This document shows, piece after piece, positions 53,562-63,304 of a DNA stretch of 64,000 nt. Made by a program: the position numbers and the translations under genes. The stretch is taken from assembly GCA_003220315.1 (NCBI GenBank), contig QHSA01000133.1, forward strand, positions 14,843 through 78,842. The letters are read 5' to 3'. This DNA comes from Candidatus Rokuibacteriota bacterium (GTDB taxonomy: Bacteria; Methylomirabilota; Methylomirabilia; Rokubacteriales; CSP1-6). Positions within the stretch are counted from its first letter, which is position 1, and every line of letters starts with the position of its first letter. Below the pieces are notes generated by a model. It did no database searches, was not told the DNA's origin, and was given only the letters and a program-made list of their open reading frames with translations.

Positions 53562-54782
53562 CTAGCCCGCGTGAACGCCGCAGTGCTCGACGACGTTGCG
53601 CAGGTAGCCGGCGGGGTTCCAGAGGGGCTCGGACCCCTGCGACTCGCCGATCGCGTTGAGCGCCCGGACCATGAGCGTGTAGTCGCCCGCCCCTGGCGGC
53701 GTCCAGACCGCGCTCCACTCACGGAACGAGCACCGGCCGAGGTCCGGCCCGAGCTGCGCGCGCCGCCATGTGGCGCCGCCATCGTCGGAGACCTGGACCT
53801 CGCGGACGCCATAGCCTCCGTCGAACGCGATACCCTTGAGCGCCACGGGTCGCCCGGCGGCGACGCGCGCGCCGCTCGGGGGCGCGACGATGAAGGAGCG
53901 GACCGTCATGCGGTGGATCGGCACGGTGCTCTTCGGCGCCGTGCCGGGCTCGACGCAGCCGCACGGCGTGTCGGGAATGCGGTAGGCCGGTTTCATCCAG
54001 AACTTCTCGAACACGTGGTCGACGACCGCGATCTCCGAGAGATTCTTCACCCAGTAGGTCGCATACCACCCGGGCACGACCAGGCGGGCCGGGAAGCCGT
54101 TCAGCATCGGGAGCTCGCGCCCGTTCATCTGGTAAGCCACGATGACGTCGGGATCCTCCATGATGCGCCGGAGGTCGAGGCTCTTCACGAAGTGGGGGAC
54201 GCTCGGGAAGGCAGGCTTGTCCAGGCCCTCGAACGTCGCCTGCACGGCCCCCTGGCGGACGCCGGCCGCGGCGAGGAGATCCCTGAGGCGCGCGCCCACC
54301 CATTCGGCATTCCCCATGGCGCCGTCACCCCACTCCCCGCCGAGGACGCGGGGCGAGAACCGTCCCCGGCTGTTGCCGGCGCACTGGGTGACCGCGGTCA
54401 CCGCCGCCTTCGGGAACCTGGTCTTGAGGTCCTCGAACGAGAGCTCGAGGGGCCGCTCCACGAGCCCCGTCACCCGCAATCGCCAGGTCCCGAGGTCCAC
54501 GCCGGTCGGCACGGGGAAGGTGTGGTAGCGGACGAAGAACGCCTCGTTCGGCGTGATCGCCCGGTCGAAATACGTCATCGGGGTCTCGAGTTGCGGGGGT
54601 CTCGACGTCATGAGGATGAGGTCGGTCTTCTCGGGATAGCGGACGAGCGGCCGCCCGGCGAGGATCGGATCTGCCTGCTGCGAGAACGCCCGGGGCGCCC
54701 GCCAGAGCATCTCTGCCGAAACGGCGAACGCGCCGAGTCCGCCAACTGTTCTCAGGAAGTCCCTGCGAGGGCTCCGCGCCAT
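53562..54782 (-). CDS. Sulfite-oxidase-family molybdopterin oxidoreductase (SorA/YedY-like), Tat-exported
   Basis: Tat signal (RRDFLRTVGGLGAFAVS); Mo-Cys motif (VTAVTQCAGNSR); C-terminal dimerisation domain. Confidence 0.85.
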   Translation of the reverse strand: MARSPRRDFLRTVGGLGAFAVSAEMLWRAPRAFSQQADPILAGRPLVRYPEKTDLILMTSRPPQLETPMTYFDRAITPNEAFFVRYHTFPVPTGVDLGTWRLRVTGLVERPLELSFEDLKTRFPKAAVTAVTQCAGNSRGRFSPRVLGGEWGDGAMGNAEWVGARLRDLLAAAGVRQGAVQATFEGLDKPAFPSVPHFVKSLDLRRIMEDPDVIVAYQMNGRELPMLNGFPARLVVPGWYATYWVKNLSEIAVVDHVFEKFWMKPAYRIPDTPCGCVEPGTAPKSTVPIHRMTVRSFIVAPPSGARVAAGRPVALKGIAFDGGYGVREVQVSDDGGATWRRAQLGPDLGRCSFREWSAVWTPPGAGDYTLMVRALNAIGESQGSEPLWNPAGYLRNVVEHCGVHAG

Positions 54783-54880
54783 GGCTCCCCTCCTGATCCG
54801 GGTGAACGCCCCCCGACTCTATCCGGACTCGAGATCGTCTTCCACCCTCTCGAATTCCCTCGTGCGTATACCCTTTCAGC

Positions 54881-55360
54881 ATGGACGAGCGCGCGTTCAG
54901 CCGTGTGGCCGAGGCGTACGCCGGCCGGCTCTACGCCGTCGCCTACCGGCTCCTCAGGAACCGTGCGGACGCCGAGGACGCCGTGCAGCGCGCCCTCATG
55001 AAGGCGTTTGCGGCGCGCGCGTCGTACTCGCCGCGCTGGGCGGTCTCCACGTGGCTCTACCGCGTGCTCTCGAACGTCTGTATCGACGAGCTGCGCCGGC
55101 GCCGCCCCCCGCCCGACCCGGCGCCCGCCCACGGCGGCCGTGACTCGGGCGACGTCGAGCGCGTGGACCTGGCCCGCGCCCTGGACGCCGTGCCGCGAGA
55201 GGCGCGGCTCCTGTTGGCGCTCCACTACGTCAACGGTCTCTCGTACCGGGAGCTCGCCCGGGTCCGCGGAATCTCGGTCAACACGGTCAAGAGCCAGCTC
55301 GCCCGGGGCAAGACGATTCTCCGGCGGGCGCTGGGGGATCGGCGATGGATCTCGACCTGA
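54881..55360 (+). CDS. ECF (sigma-70 family) RNA polymerase sigma factor
   Basis: Region 2 (DAEDAVQRALMKAF... WLYRVLSNVCIDELRRR) and region 4 (YRELARVRGISVNTVKSQLARGKTIL). Confidence 0.85.
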   Translation: MDERAFSRVAEAYAGRLYAVAYRLLRNRADAEDAVQRALMKAFAARASYSPRWAVSTWLYRVLSNVCIDELRRRRPPPDPAPAHGGRDSGDVERVDLARALDAVPREARLLLALHYVNGLSYRELARVRGISVNTVKSQLARGKTILRRALGDRRWIST

Positions 55361-56052
55361 CGCTCAGGGAGTTCTTCACGGCCGCGGCTCCGCCACGCCA
55401 CGCGCTCGCCCGCCTGTTTCGGGGACTCGGGGGTCGCTCGCCACGGCTCGAACCGCTCGCCGATCGATTCCGCATTGAGGCGAGCGACCACGGCGTGACG
55501 CGCCTCCGACCGGGGCGGGGCCTCGGCGCGGCGTCCCCACGCGCCCGCGGCCACGCCGAGCAGGCGCGCGAGGAGCTCCGCGAATACCTCGCGGGCCGCC
55601 GGACGTTCTTTCGGGTCCCCCTGGACCTCGACGGGGTGCCCGAGTTCCAGGCCACGGTGCTGGCGGAGGCCGCGCGCATCCCGTTCGGCGAGGTCGTCGC
55701 GTACGCGACGCTCGCGCGGCGCATCGGCCACCCACGCGCCGCGCGCGCCGTCGGCAACGCCCTCGGCAGGAATCCGGTGCCCGTGATCGTCCCCTGCCAC
55801 CGGGTCGTCCGCGGGGACGGGAGCTGGGGGCACTACGCCTTCGGCCACGCGATGAAGACGTTCCTGCTCGGGCTCGAGCGCGCGACGCCGCTCCTCGTCG
55901 GCTGCGCGACGAGCCGGATCGTCTGCCGACGCGGCTGCGCGCACGAGCGGCGTGTCGCCGAGGGGAATCGCGTCGTCTTCGCCTCGCTCCGCGACGCGCG
56001 GAGCGTCGGCTACCGCCCCTGCCGCGTGTGCCGGCCGGCCCGCGTCGCGTGA
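55345..56052 (+). CDS. Methylated-DNA-protein-cysteine methyltransferase (Ogt) fused to a C-terminal Ada-type Cys4 zinc domain
   Basis: Overlaps the sigma gene by 16 nt (anti-sigma position). Ogt DNA-binding domain with PCHRVV active site. C-terminal CRRGC...GYRPCRVCRP matches the Ada N-terminal methylphosphotriester-repair zinc motif. Confidence 0.7.
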   Translation: MDLDLTLREFFTAAAPPRHALARLFRGLGGRSPRLEPLADRFRIEASDHGVTRLRPGRGLGAASPRARGHAEQAREELREYLAGRRTFFRVPLDLDGVPEFQATVLAEAARIPFGEVVAYATLARRIGHPRAARAVGNALGRNPVPVIVPCHRVVRGDGSWGHYAFGHAMKTFLLGLERATPLLVGCATSRIVCRRGCAHERRVAEGNRVVFASLRDARSVGYRPCRVCRPARVA

Positions 56053-56090
56053 TCGGCGGCTTGCCGTGATCGGCCGCGTGCTAGGAGCGT

Positions 56091-56220
56091 GTCGGAGAAA
56101 GGGCTGTCGACCGGGGTTCGAGCGCCGGCTTTGCCGGCGCACCGATTCCTCGGGGGTTCGCTCCCTCTCGGGAGCGCTCCCCCGGCCTCGGAGGGGGCCG
56201 TCGCGCCCTTAGGGCGCGCC
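56091..56220. repeat. R3-like hairpin element (extended variant)
   Basis: GTCGGAGAAAGGGCTGTCGACCGGGGTTCGAGCGCCGGCTTTGCCGGCGCACCGATTCC...CTCGGAGGGGGCCGTCGCGCCCTTAGGGCGCGCC; shares the TTCGAGCGCCGGC-loop-GCCGGCGC-ACCGAT core and GGAGGGGGCC hairpin with other R3 copies. Lies in frame with the downstream gene, giving a spurious N-terminal extension. Confidence 0.55.
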
Positions 56221-56250
56221 TGTGAAGTCGCCCCCGCCGACTCTGCTAGG

Positions 56251-57084
56251 ATGCCGACGATGACGGCCCGCGGCTCGCTCGTCTCGTTCGCCGTCGCGCT
56301 GCTCCTGGTCGGCGGCCCACGGCCGGCCGCCGCCCAGTACCCGGTCTTCGACGCCCACATCCACTATAGCCGCCCCGACTGGGACGCGTACCCGCCGGAG
56401 CGCGCGCTCGCCCTCCTCGCTCGGGCGGGTGTGCGTCGCGCGCTCGTGTCGAGCACGCCCGACGACGGCACGCTCAAGCTCTACGAGCGCGCGCCGACGG
56501 TGGTCGTGCCGTTCCTCCGGCCCTACCGCAGGCGCGAAGACATGGGCGGCTGGCACGCAGACGCGGGCGTTGCCGAATACGTGGAGGAGCGACTCAAGCG
56601 CGGTATCTACCGCGGCATCGGCGAGTTCCACCTCGGTGGCGCCGACGTGGACGCGCCCGTCGTCCGGCGGATCGCCGAGCTGGCGGCGGAGCGCGACCTG
56701 TTCCTGCACGCCCACGTGGACGCCGACACGATCGAGAAGCTCCTGGCGCGCTACCCGAAGGTCCGCTTCCTCTGGGCCCACGCGGGCATGTCGGCGGACG
56801 CCAGGACCGTCGGCCGGCTGCTCGACCGATTCCCGAAGCTCTGGGTGGAGCTGGCGCTCCGCAGCGACGTCGCGCCGGGCGGCCGGCTCGACCCCGAATG
56901 GCGCGCGCGCTTCCTGCGTCACGCCGATCGTTTCATGGTCGGGACCGACACGTGGGTGACTTCTCGCTGGGAGGCCGTCGAGTCCTCCACGCGGGACGTC
57001 CAGGAGTGGCTCGCCGAGCTCCCGGCGGAGGTCGCCGAGCAGATCGCGTGGAGGAACGGCGCGCGTCTCTTCCCGGCGCCTTAG
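56251..57084 (+). CDS. Amidohydrolase-2 family (TIM-barrel metal-dependent hydrolase), secreted
   Basis: Signal peptide; FDAHIHY metal motif; HAHVD and WAHAG motifs. Confidence 0.7.
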   Translation: MPTMTARGSLVSFAVALLLVGGPRPAAAQYPVFDAHIHYSRPDWDAYPPERALALLARAGVRRALVSSTPDDGTLKLYERAPTVVVPFLRPYRRREDMGGWHADAGVAEYVEERLKRGIYRGIGEFHLGGADVDAPVVRRIAELAAERDLFLHAHVDADTIEKLLARYPKVRFLWAHAGMSADARTVGRLLDRFPKLWVELALRSDVAPGGRLDPEWRARFLRHADRFMVGTDTWVTSRWEAVESSTRDVQEWLAELPAEVAEQIAWRNGARLFPAP

Positions 57085-57121
57085 TTGAGGTCAGGGGGAG
57101 CGGCGCTGGCGCCCGACACGC

Positions 57122-57541
57122 TCAGCGGCCCTGAGCCTCGACGAGGTGGCGGTCCGAGTCGTAACGGAGCCGGCCGAGCGCCGCGTCGCGCTCGAGCCAC
57201 GCGACTTCGTCCACCTCGTGGTCGTGCTCGCCGACCTTCTCGAGCGGTCGCATGAGGAACCAGCGCACCGTCTTCCGGATCCGCTGCCCGTCGCGCTGAA
57301 ACCAGTACGTCGCGGTGTCCAGCTCGCGCACGACCTCGCAGCGGTACCCGGTCTCCTCGCGCACCTCGCGGAGGGCCGCGTCCGCGCTCGACTCGCCGGG
57401 GCCGAGCGTCCCCTTCGGCAGCGTCCACACGGGCTGGTTACGCAGATCACGCGCGCGGATCAGCAGCACCCGGCCACGCTCGTCGACGACCAGCCCGCCC
57501 GCCGAGAACTGCAGCACCGGCCGCGTCTGCTTCTCCGCCAT
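57122..57541 (-). CDS. NUDIX hydrolase
   Basis: Nudix box GPGESSADAALREVREETG. Confidence 0.85.
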   Translation of the reverse strand: MAEKQTRPVLQFSAGGLVVDERGRVLLIRARDLRNQPVWTLPKGTLGPGESSADAALREVREETGYRCEVVRELDTATYWFQRDGQRIRKTVRWFLMRPLEKVGEHDHEVDEVAWLERDAALGRLRYDSDRHLVEAQGR

Positions 57542-57555
57542 ACGCCCATGATACG

Positions 57556-59238
57556 ATGCGACGCGAGACCCAGCTCGAAGGGAGAACGGACGCGCTCGAC
57601 CTTCTCGCGCACTTCCCGGCGGGCGTGACGCCGCGTCCCGAGCAGGCGCGTCTGCTCGCCGCCGTCGCCGATGCGATCGCGGAGGCCCTGGACGACCCGG
57701 CGGCCGCGCGCGTGGTCCTCGTCGAGGGGCCGCCGGGCGTGGGCAAGAGCCACATCGCGATGACGCTCGCGCGGTGGAGCGGTGACGCCTACCTGCTGAC
57801 CTCGCAGAAGCTGCTCCAGGATCAGTACGAGCGCGAGTTCGGCGCCGAGCTCCAGATCGTGAAGGGCCGCGACAACTACGCGTGCGACCGCTATCCCGGC
57901 GCGCACGTCCCGACCTCGCGCGGCGCCTGCCGCCGGCCGCGCGGCCCGCTCTGCCAGTGCCCGTACGTCCGCGCCAAGACGGCCGCCCTCGGGGCGCCGA
58001 TCTTCTGCGCCAACACCACCTACTTCGCCACGCTCCGCCACTGGCACGCCGAGCGACTCCGGCGGCGCCGTCTCTTGATCGTCGACGAGGCGCACAACCT
58101 CGAGGCGCAGCTCGCCGGCGTCTACACCGCCGGCTTCCCGCCGGCCGAGATGCGCGCGTGGTTCGGCGGGCCGCTGCCGCACCTGGCCTCCGCCGACGAC
58201 TACCGCGCGCTGCTCGTCGAGCACCTCGACCGGCTCGAGGCGCGACGCGCGGCGATCGGGCGCGAGCTGGAGGCGCTCCGTCCGCCCGAGCTCGCCGCCG
58301 ACCTCTTCCTGCGCATGCCCCCGTCCCGGGCCGAGCAGGAGCTGATCGCGCAGCGCGATAATCTAGAATCGGCGTTCGCGCGCGTCCGCTTCTTCCTCGA
58401 CGATGCGGGAGAGTGGATCATGCGCTACCCACCCGATCCCGACGCCACGCTCGAGCTCGTGCCCCTGAGCGTCGCCGTGATGGCGCGCGAGCTGTTCGCC
58501 GAGTCCGCGGAGCTGGTCGTGCTCTCCTCGGCGCACCTCGGCCCGAAGAGCGTCCTGGCGGAGTGCTTCGGCCTCGACGCGGGCGGGATGCGCGCCTTCG
58601 CCAGCCCCTCCCCCTTCCCCGTCGAGCAGCGCCCCATCGTGTACCGTCCGGTGGGCGCGCTCTCGCGCTCAAGCCTCGCCGCGCTCGAGCCCGCCCTCTT
58701 CGCGGCGATCGCCACGATCCTCGACGTCCATCGCGCCGAGAAGGGGCTCATCCACGCGCCCTCGTACGCCGCCGGCGCCCGCCTGGTCCGCGACCTCGCG
58801 GCGCGCGCGCCGGCCCACGCGCGCCGTCTGATCTGGGTGGAGTCGACCGAGGCGAAGGCGCGTGCCCTCGACGCGCACCGCGCCTCGTCGGTCCCGACCG
58901 TCCTCGTCTCGCCGTCCCTCCGTGACGGCGTGGACCTGCCGGACGATTTCCTGCGCTTCCAGATCGTGACGAAGATGCCGTTCCCCGACCTCGGTGATCC
59001 GTGGACCGCGGCGCGGCGGGAGCGCGATCCGCGCTGGTACGCGCTCGAGACCGCCAAGGCGCTCGTGCAGGCGTACGGGCGCTCGTGCCGCCACGCCGGC
59101 GACCACGGGGTCAGCTATGTCCTCGACGCGCAGTTCGAGCGCTTCCTGGCCCGCTATCGTGTGCTCCTGCCCGAGTGGTTCCTGGACGCCGCGGAGCCCG
59201 CGCTCCGCGCGCGGGGCTCGTCGGACGGGACCGAGTGA
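57556..59238 (+). CDS. XPD/Rad3/DinG-family Fe-S ATP-dependent DNA helicase
   Basis: Walker A GPPGVGKS; four-Cys FeS insert (C-D-R ... C-R-R-P-R-G-P-L-C-Q-C-P); DEAH box LIVDEAHNLE; HD2 motifs near the C-terminus. Confidence 0.8.
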   Translation: MRRETQLEGRTDALDLLAHFPAGVTPRPEQARLLAAVADAIAEALDDPAAARVVLVEGPPGVGKSHIAMTLARWSGDAYLLTSQKLLQDQYEREFGAELQIVKGRDNYACDRYPGAHVPTSRGACRRPRGPLCQCPYVRAKTAALGAPIFCANTTYFATLRHWHAERLRRRRLLIVDEAHNLEAQLAGVYTAGFPPAEMRAWFGGPLPHLASADDYRALLVEHLDRLEARRAAIGRELEALRPPELAADLFLRMPPSRAEQELIAQRDNLESAFARVRFFLDDAGEWIMRYPPDPDATLELVPLSVAVMARELFAESAELVVLSSAHLGPKSVLAECFGLDAGGMRAFASPSPFPVEQRPIVYRPVGALSRSSLAALEPALFAAIATILDVHRAEKGLIHAPSYAAGARLVRDLAARAPAHARRLIWVESTEAKARALDAHRASSVPTVLVSPSLRDGVDLPDDFLRFQIVTKMPFPDLGDPWTAARRERDPRWYALETAKALVQAYGRSCRHAGDHGVSYVLDAQFERFLARYRVLLPEWFLDAAEPALRARGSSDGTE

Positions 59239-59252
59239 TAGCATAGGCGGTC

Positions 59253-60143
59253 GTGAACGCGCGCGACGTCGACGCGGTCCTCCAGGCGGTCCGCTTCGAG
59301 CTCTATCGGGAGAACGTCTCCGGCGCCCTCGAGCTGGCCGAGCGCGCTCACGCCGCCCATCCCGACCCCCGGTACGCCGAACAGGCGGCGCGGATCCGGT
59401 CGTGGCTCACGCACCTCGAGAGCCGCGAAGCCTATATCGCGGCCCAGGAGGCGCAGTACAGGCGGCTCCGCTGGCGGGTCGGGCTGAAGCTCCTCGAGCG
59501 GCGGATCCGGATCCTCCTCGGCCGGAAGACGCGCAAGATGATCGGGCGACGCGGGCGTGATCCCGAATTCCAGGAGCTCGAGCGCGAGGTCGCCAGCGTG
59601 CGGCCGCGGCGCGCGCTCGACGCCGGAAGCGGCGAGGGGGGCGTGGCGATGGCGCTGGGCGCCCGCCACCCCGACGTGCGCGTCGAGGGCGTCGAGGTGT
59701 CGGCGACGAACGTCAGGATCGCGCGGCAGCTCAACCGGTTCAAGAACGTCGACTTCCGCCCGGGCCTCGCCGAAGAGGTCCACCTCCTCTTTCCGGCCGC
59801 GTCGTTCGACCTCGTGTACTCGTTCGCCGTCCTCGAGCACGTGCGCGACGTGAACGCGACGGTGCGCGCGATCGAGACGGTGCTGCGTCCAGGCGGGCGC
59901 TTTGCGTTCGTCGTTCCCATGCACGAGCTCCGCGCGCGGGGCCCGATCCCCGACTATGCGCCGGTCCACGGCTACGCCGACCACTGTCGCGTCTTCACGG
60001 AGGCGGAGCTGCGCGCGCGCTTCGGCGGTCGGAAGGGTTTTCGACTGGTGAAGATCCCGGGAGCCTGGAAGCACGGCGAGCTCCCGGACTGCTTCGAGCC
60101 GATCGAGTTCGGCTCGTTCTTCGTGTCGTACGCGACGGATTAG
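59253..60143 (+). CDS. Class I SAM-dependent methyltransferase with ~100-aa N-terminal helical extension
   Basis: Motif I LDAGSGEGG; small-molecule MTase type (no DNA-MTase catalytic motif); GTG start. Confidence 0.8.
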   Translation: MNARDVDAVLQAVRFELYRENVSGALELAERAHAAHPDPRYAEQAARIRSWLTHLESREAYIAAQEAQYRRLRWRVGLKLLERRIRILLGRKTRKMIGRRGRDPEFQELEREVASVRPRRALDAGSGEGGVAMALGARHPDVRVEGVEVSATNVRIARQLNRFKNVDFRPGLAEEVHLLFPAASFDLVYSFAVLEHVRDVNATVRAIETVLRPGGRFAFVVPMHELRARGPIPDYAPVHGYADHCRVFTEAELRARFGGRKGFRLVKIPGAWKHGELPDCFEPIEFGSFFVSYATD

Positions 60144-60149
60144 TCGTCG

Positions 60150-60200
60150 GGTGGAGCGGCGCCGCTCCCCCCAACGCCCCCCACCAGATCAGAGGGGGCG
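60150..60200. repeat. Partial R3-like hairpin element at convergent gene ends, overlapping the 3' coding end of the flavoprotein gene
   Basis: GGAGCGGCGCCGCTCC palindrome, then GAGGGGGCG-AGG-CGCCCCCTC hairpin and CCGAGCCGGCGCTCGAC (reverse of the R3 core); the last ~15 codons of the TcuA-like gene lie in it. Confidence 0.5.
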
Positions 60201-61691
60201 AGGCGCCCCCTCCGAGCCGGCGCTCGACGCCGCCGAGCGCCCCGCGATCCGGCCGAACACGGCGCCCGCCATGAGGCCGGCGCCACCCGGATAGTTGTGG
60301 TAGAAGAGCCCGCCCACGAGCTCGCCGGCCGCGAAGAGCCCGGGAATCGGCCGCTGCTCGGTGTCCACGACCTGCGCGACGTCGGTGATGCGGACGCCGC
60401 CGAACGTGAACGTGATGCCGGTCGTGACCGCGTAGCCGACGTAGGGCGGCGCGTCGAGGGGGAGCGCCCAGTTCGACTTGGGCGGCGCGATCCCGCGCGT
60501 GCGCTTGCCGTCCTTGATCGCCGGGTTGAACGCGCCGGGCATGACGGCGGCGTTGAAGGCCGCGACCGTGCGCAGGAACCCCTCGACGTCGATCTCGAGC
60601 TTCCGCGCCAGGCCCTCGAGCGTCGGGTCCTCGGCCTTCGTCACCTCGCGGATCCGGTACTCCTCCCGCAGCAGGTGGAGAACCTTCGCGTCGAAGATCT
60701 GAAACGCGGCGCGCCGCGGCTGCTCGATGACCGCGCGTCCGTACTTCACGTAGGTGTAGTTGCGGAAGTCGGCGCCCTCGTCCACGAAGCGCTCGCCGCG
60801 GAGGTTCACGATGAGTCCCAGTGGGTACGAATGCTTCTGAAAATTGTCGCCGACCTTCCGGTCGCCGTGCCACGGCGCGTTTAGATCCCACTGGACGGCG
60901 TGGCAGCCGCTCCAGTGGCCCCACGGGAGCGCGCCGATCTCGAGCGCCATCCGGATGCCGTCGCCCGTGTTGTACGGCGTGCCGCGGACGCGGGCGAGGT
61001 CCCAGTTGCGGCCCAGATAGCGCGTGCGCATCTCGGGGTTCGCCTCGAAGCCGCCCGCCGCAAGCACGACGGCCCGCGCCGGGATGGTCTCCGCGCCCGC
61101 CGGCGTCCGCACGGCGATGCCGGTCACCGCCCCACGGTCGTCCGTGAGAAGCCGTATCGCCTTCGTCTCGAAGCGCACGTCGATCCCGGCCTTGGCCGCC
61201 GCCTGGTACTCCATGTCGATGAGTCCGGGCCCGCCGCCCACCGCCTCGAGGACCAGCCCGCCCCAGAACCTGAATCGCCCGTCGACCTTGTAGGCCTGAC
61301 GGCCGAACATCGGGATCCAGCGGACGCCGCGGTCCCGCATCCACCGGACCGTCGGCTGCGACTGGCGCACGAGCAGCATCGCCAGGTCGGGGTCGGCGCA
61401 GTCCTCGGTGACGCGCATGAGGTCGTCGTAGAACGTCTCCTCGGTGTACGGATCGACCTCCATCGACGCCTTCTCCTCGTCGGACAGATCGCCGACGAGG
61501 TCACACAACTCCTCGAAGCTCTTGAAGGCGAACCGGAAGCCGCCCGCCGTGAAGAAGCCGTTGCCCCCGCGCCACGCCTCCGGCGCCTTCTCCACGACGA
61601 GCACGCGCGCGCCCGCCTCGCGCGCGGAGAGGGCGGCGCACATGGCGGCGTTGCCGCCCCCGACCACGACGACGTCGTACACGGCGGGCAC
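60189..61691 (-). CDS. FAD-dependent oxidoreductase (tricarballylate dehydrogenase TcuA / fumarate-reductase flavoprotein-like)
   Basis: N-terminal VVVVGGGNAAMCAALSARE dinucleotide fold; 500 aa. Confidence 0.85.
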   Translation of the reverse strand: MPAVYDVVVVGGGNAAMCAALSAREAGARVLVVEKAPEAWRGGNGFFTAGGFRFAFKSFEELCDLVGDLSDEEKASMEVDPYTEETFYDDLMRVTEDCADPDLAMLLVRQSQPTVRWMRDRGVRWIPMFGRQAYKVDGRFRFWGGLVLEAVGGGPGLIDMEYQAAAKAGIDVRFETKAIRLLTDDRGAVTGIAVRTPAGAETIPARAVVLAAGGFEANPEMRTRYLGRNWDLARVRGTPYNTGDGIRMALEIGALPWGHWSGCHAVQWDLNAPWHGDRKVGDNFQKHSYPLGLIVNLRGERFVDEGADFRNYTYVKYGRAVIEQPRRAAFQIFDAKVLHLLREEYRIREVTKAEDPTLEGLARKLEIDVEGFLRTVAAFNAAVMPGAFNPAIKDGKRTRGIAPPKSNWALPLDAPPYVGYAVTTGITFTFGGVRITDVAQVVDTEQRPIPGLFAAGELVGGLFYHNYPGGAGLMAGAVFGRIAGRSAASSAGSEGAPRPL

Positions 61692-61700
61692 AGCCGGGCT

Positions 61701-62015
61701 CTACCCGATGATCTCGCTGATCTGGACCTGCGGCTGGATGTTCGTGTAATTCGGGATGTCGCCCATGATCTCCTTGCCGTGCTCGCCCATCCCCTTCTGG
61801 AAGTCGGCGACCCTGTTGAAGTAGACGTGCGCGACGGCGACGTAGGGCGCCGGCGCGCCGGGCGCGCCGCCCGCGACGCCCTTGTCCGCCTCGGTCCGCA
61901 CGAGGCCGAACTTGCCGAGGCGCTCGCGGACCAGCGCCAAGTGCTTCCGGACGAAGTAGTCGTGGTCGAACTTCTTGCCCTCGCCGGCAGGGTACAGGAC
62001 CGTGATGCGGACCAT
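61701..62015 (-). CDS. EthD/Dabb-like small alpha+beta barrel protein
   Basis: 104 aa from MVRITVLYPA...; start inferred by homologous N-terminus. Confidence 0.6.
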   Translation of the reverse strand: MVRITVLYPAGEGKKFDHDYFVRKHLALVRERLGKFGLVRTEADKGVAGGAPGAPAPYVAVAHVYFNRVADFQKGMGEHGKEIMGDIPNYTNIQPQVQISEIIG

Positions 62016-62062
62016 GGGAACCTCCTCGTCTGGGGATTCTCGCTCCAGGGAGTGGCAGTGTA

Positions 62063-63304
62063 CTACGGAACCGCGTTCACGCCGGCGGGCGCTGCGCGCT
62101 CGGCCCTGAAAAGACCTCGCAGCCGGACGCCGAGCGGCGTACCGGCGAGCGCCGCCCCTGCCCAGAGCCAACCGTGCAGGCTCGTCGACGCGATCCCGCC
62201 GAAGAGCGCGCCGATGTTACAGCCATAGGCGATCCGTGAGCCGTACCCGAGGAGGAGCCCGCCCAGGACCGCCGCGGCGACGCGGCGCGCCGGGACGCGA
62301 CGCCGCGGGGCGAAGCGGCCGGCGAGCCCCGCGCCGAGCAGCGCGCCCAGGACCAGCCCGAGGTCCATGACCGACGTGACGTCGGCGAGGATGGGCGCCG
62401 CGAGCGCCGTCTGCTGGAACTCGCCCGACCAGAACGCGACGCCCGAGAGGTCGTATCCCATCGCGACGAGCGCCTTCGCGCCCCAGAGCGCGAAGGCCCA
62501 GGTGATGGACCACGGCGTGCCCGCCACGACGAGCGTGACGAGGTTGAGGAGCGCGAGGAGGACCGCGCCCACGCCGAGCGGCCACGGCCCCTGAACGACC
62601 CGCCGCCACCCGGTCACCGGCACCGGGAGCGACGAGCGCGCGTCGACGCGCCGGCGCTCGACGGTCCAGGAGACAAGGGCCAGCAGTGCGCACGCGGCGA
62701 GCTGGAGGACGACGGCGCCGGTCCAGCCGAGGCTCTCGGCGAGGGAGACGTCGCCCAGCGACGGCGTCGCCCACCAGAACGGCATGTGGAAGGTCGCGAG
62801 CACCGCGCCCGCGACGAAACCGACGAGCGTGGCCAGCATCGGCGTGACGCCCGCGCCGAGGTGGTAGAGCATCCCGGACCCGCACCCGCCGGCGATCTGC
62901 ATCCCGACTCCGAAGACGAACGCGCCCACGAGCACCGACACGCCCGCCGGGGCGACCGCGCCGGCCACGGAGGCGCCGAAGATCTCGCCGGCGGCGAGGA
63001 CGGGCGCGAAGAGCACGGTCGCCACCGCGAGCATCAAGAGCTGCGCCCGCACGCCGCGACCGTCGCCCACGGTCACGAGGGCGCGGTACGCCGCGGTGAA
63101 GCCGAAGACGGCGTGATGGAGCGTGAGGCCGAGCGCGGCGCCGACGAGGAGGAGGGCGCCCTGCCGTGGGCCGTAGCGCGCCGCGAGCCAGAGGGCGCCG
63201 ACCGTGAGGAAGCCTGCGGCGCCCGTGGCGACCGACACCTGGACGGGCCCGTTGGCGAGCGCGGCCGGCGGGGCGGCGACGGGTGGGGCGACGACGCGGC
63301 TCAT
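62063..63304 (-). CDS. YeeE/YedE-family sulfur-compound (thiosulfate) transporter
   Basis: Duplicated 4-TM units with conserved Cys (GGCGSG, YGCNIG). Confidence 0.8.
   Translation of the reverse strand: MSRVVAPPVAAPPAALANGPVQVSVATGAAGFLTVGALWLAARYGPRQGALLLVGAALGLTLHHAVFGFTAAYRALVTVGDGRGVRAQLLMLAVATVLFAPVLAAGEIFGASVAGAVAPAGVSVLVGAFVFGVGMQIAGGCGSGMLYHLGAGVTPMLATLVGFVAGAVLATFHMPFWWATPSLGDVSLAESLGWTGAVVLQLAACALLALVSWTVERRRVDARSSLPVPVTGWRRVVQGPWPLGVGAVLLALLNLVTLVVAGTPWSITWAFALWGAKALVAMGYDLSGVAFWSGEFQQTALAAPILADVTSVMDLGLVLGALLGAGLAGRFAPRRRVPARRVAAAVLGGLLLGYGSRIAYGCNIGALFGGIASTSLHGWLWAGAALAGTPLGVRLRGLFRAERAAPAGVNAVP

Noticed and set aside
54783-54880. ECF-type promoter (GGAAC ... CGTCT) upstream of the sigma factor gene
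   Set aside because: GAAC and CGTCT are present, but the spacing between them is 28 nt, far from the 16-17 nt expected.
56089-56250. N-terminal 54-residue extension of the amidohydrolase-2 ORF
   Set aside because: The extension is encoded by the R3-like hairpin element; a signal-peptide-bearing start (MPTMTARGSLVSFAVALLL) at 56251 fits a secreted enzyme.
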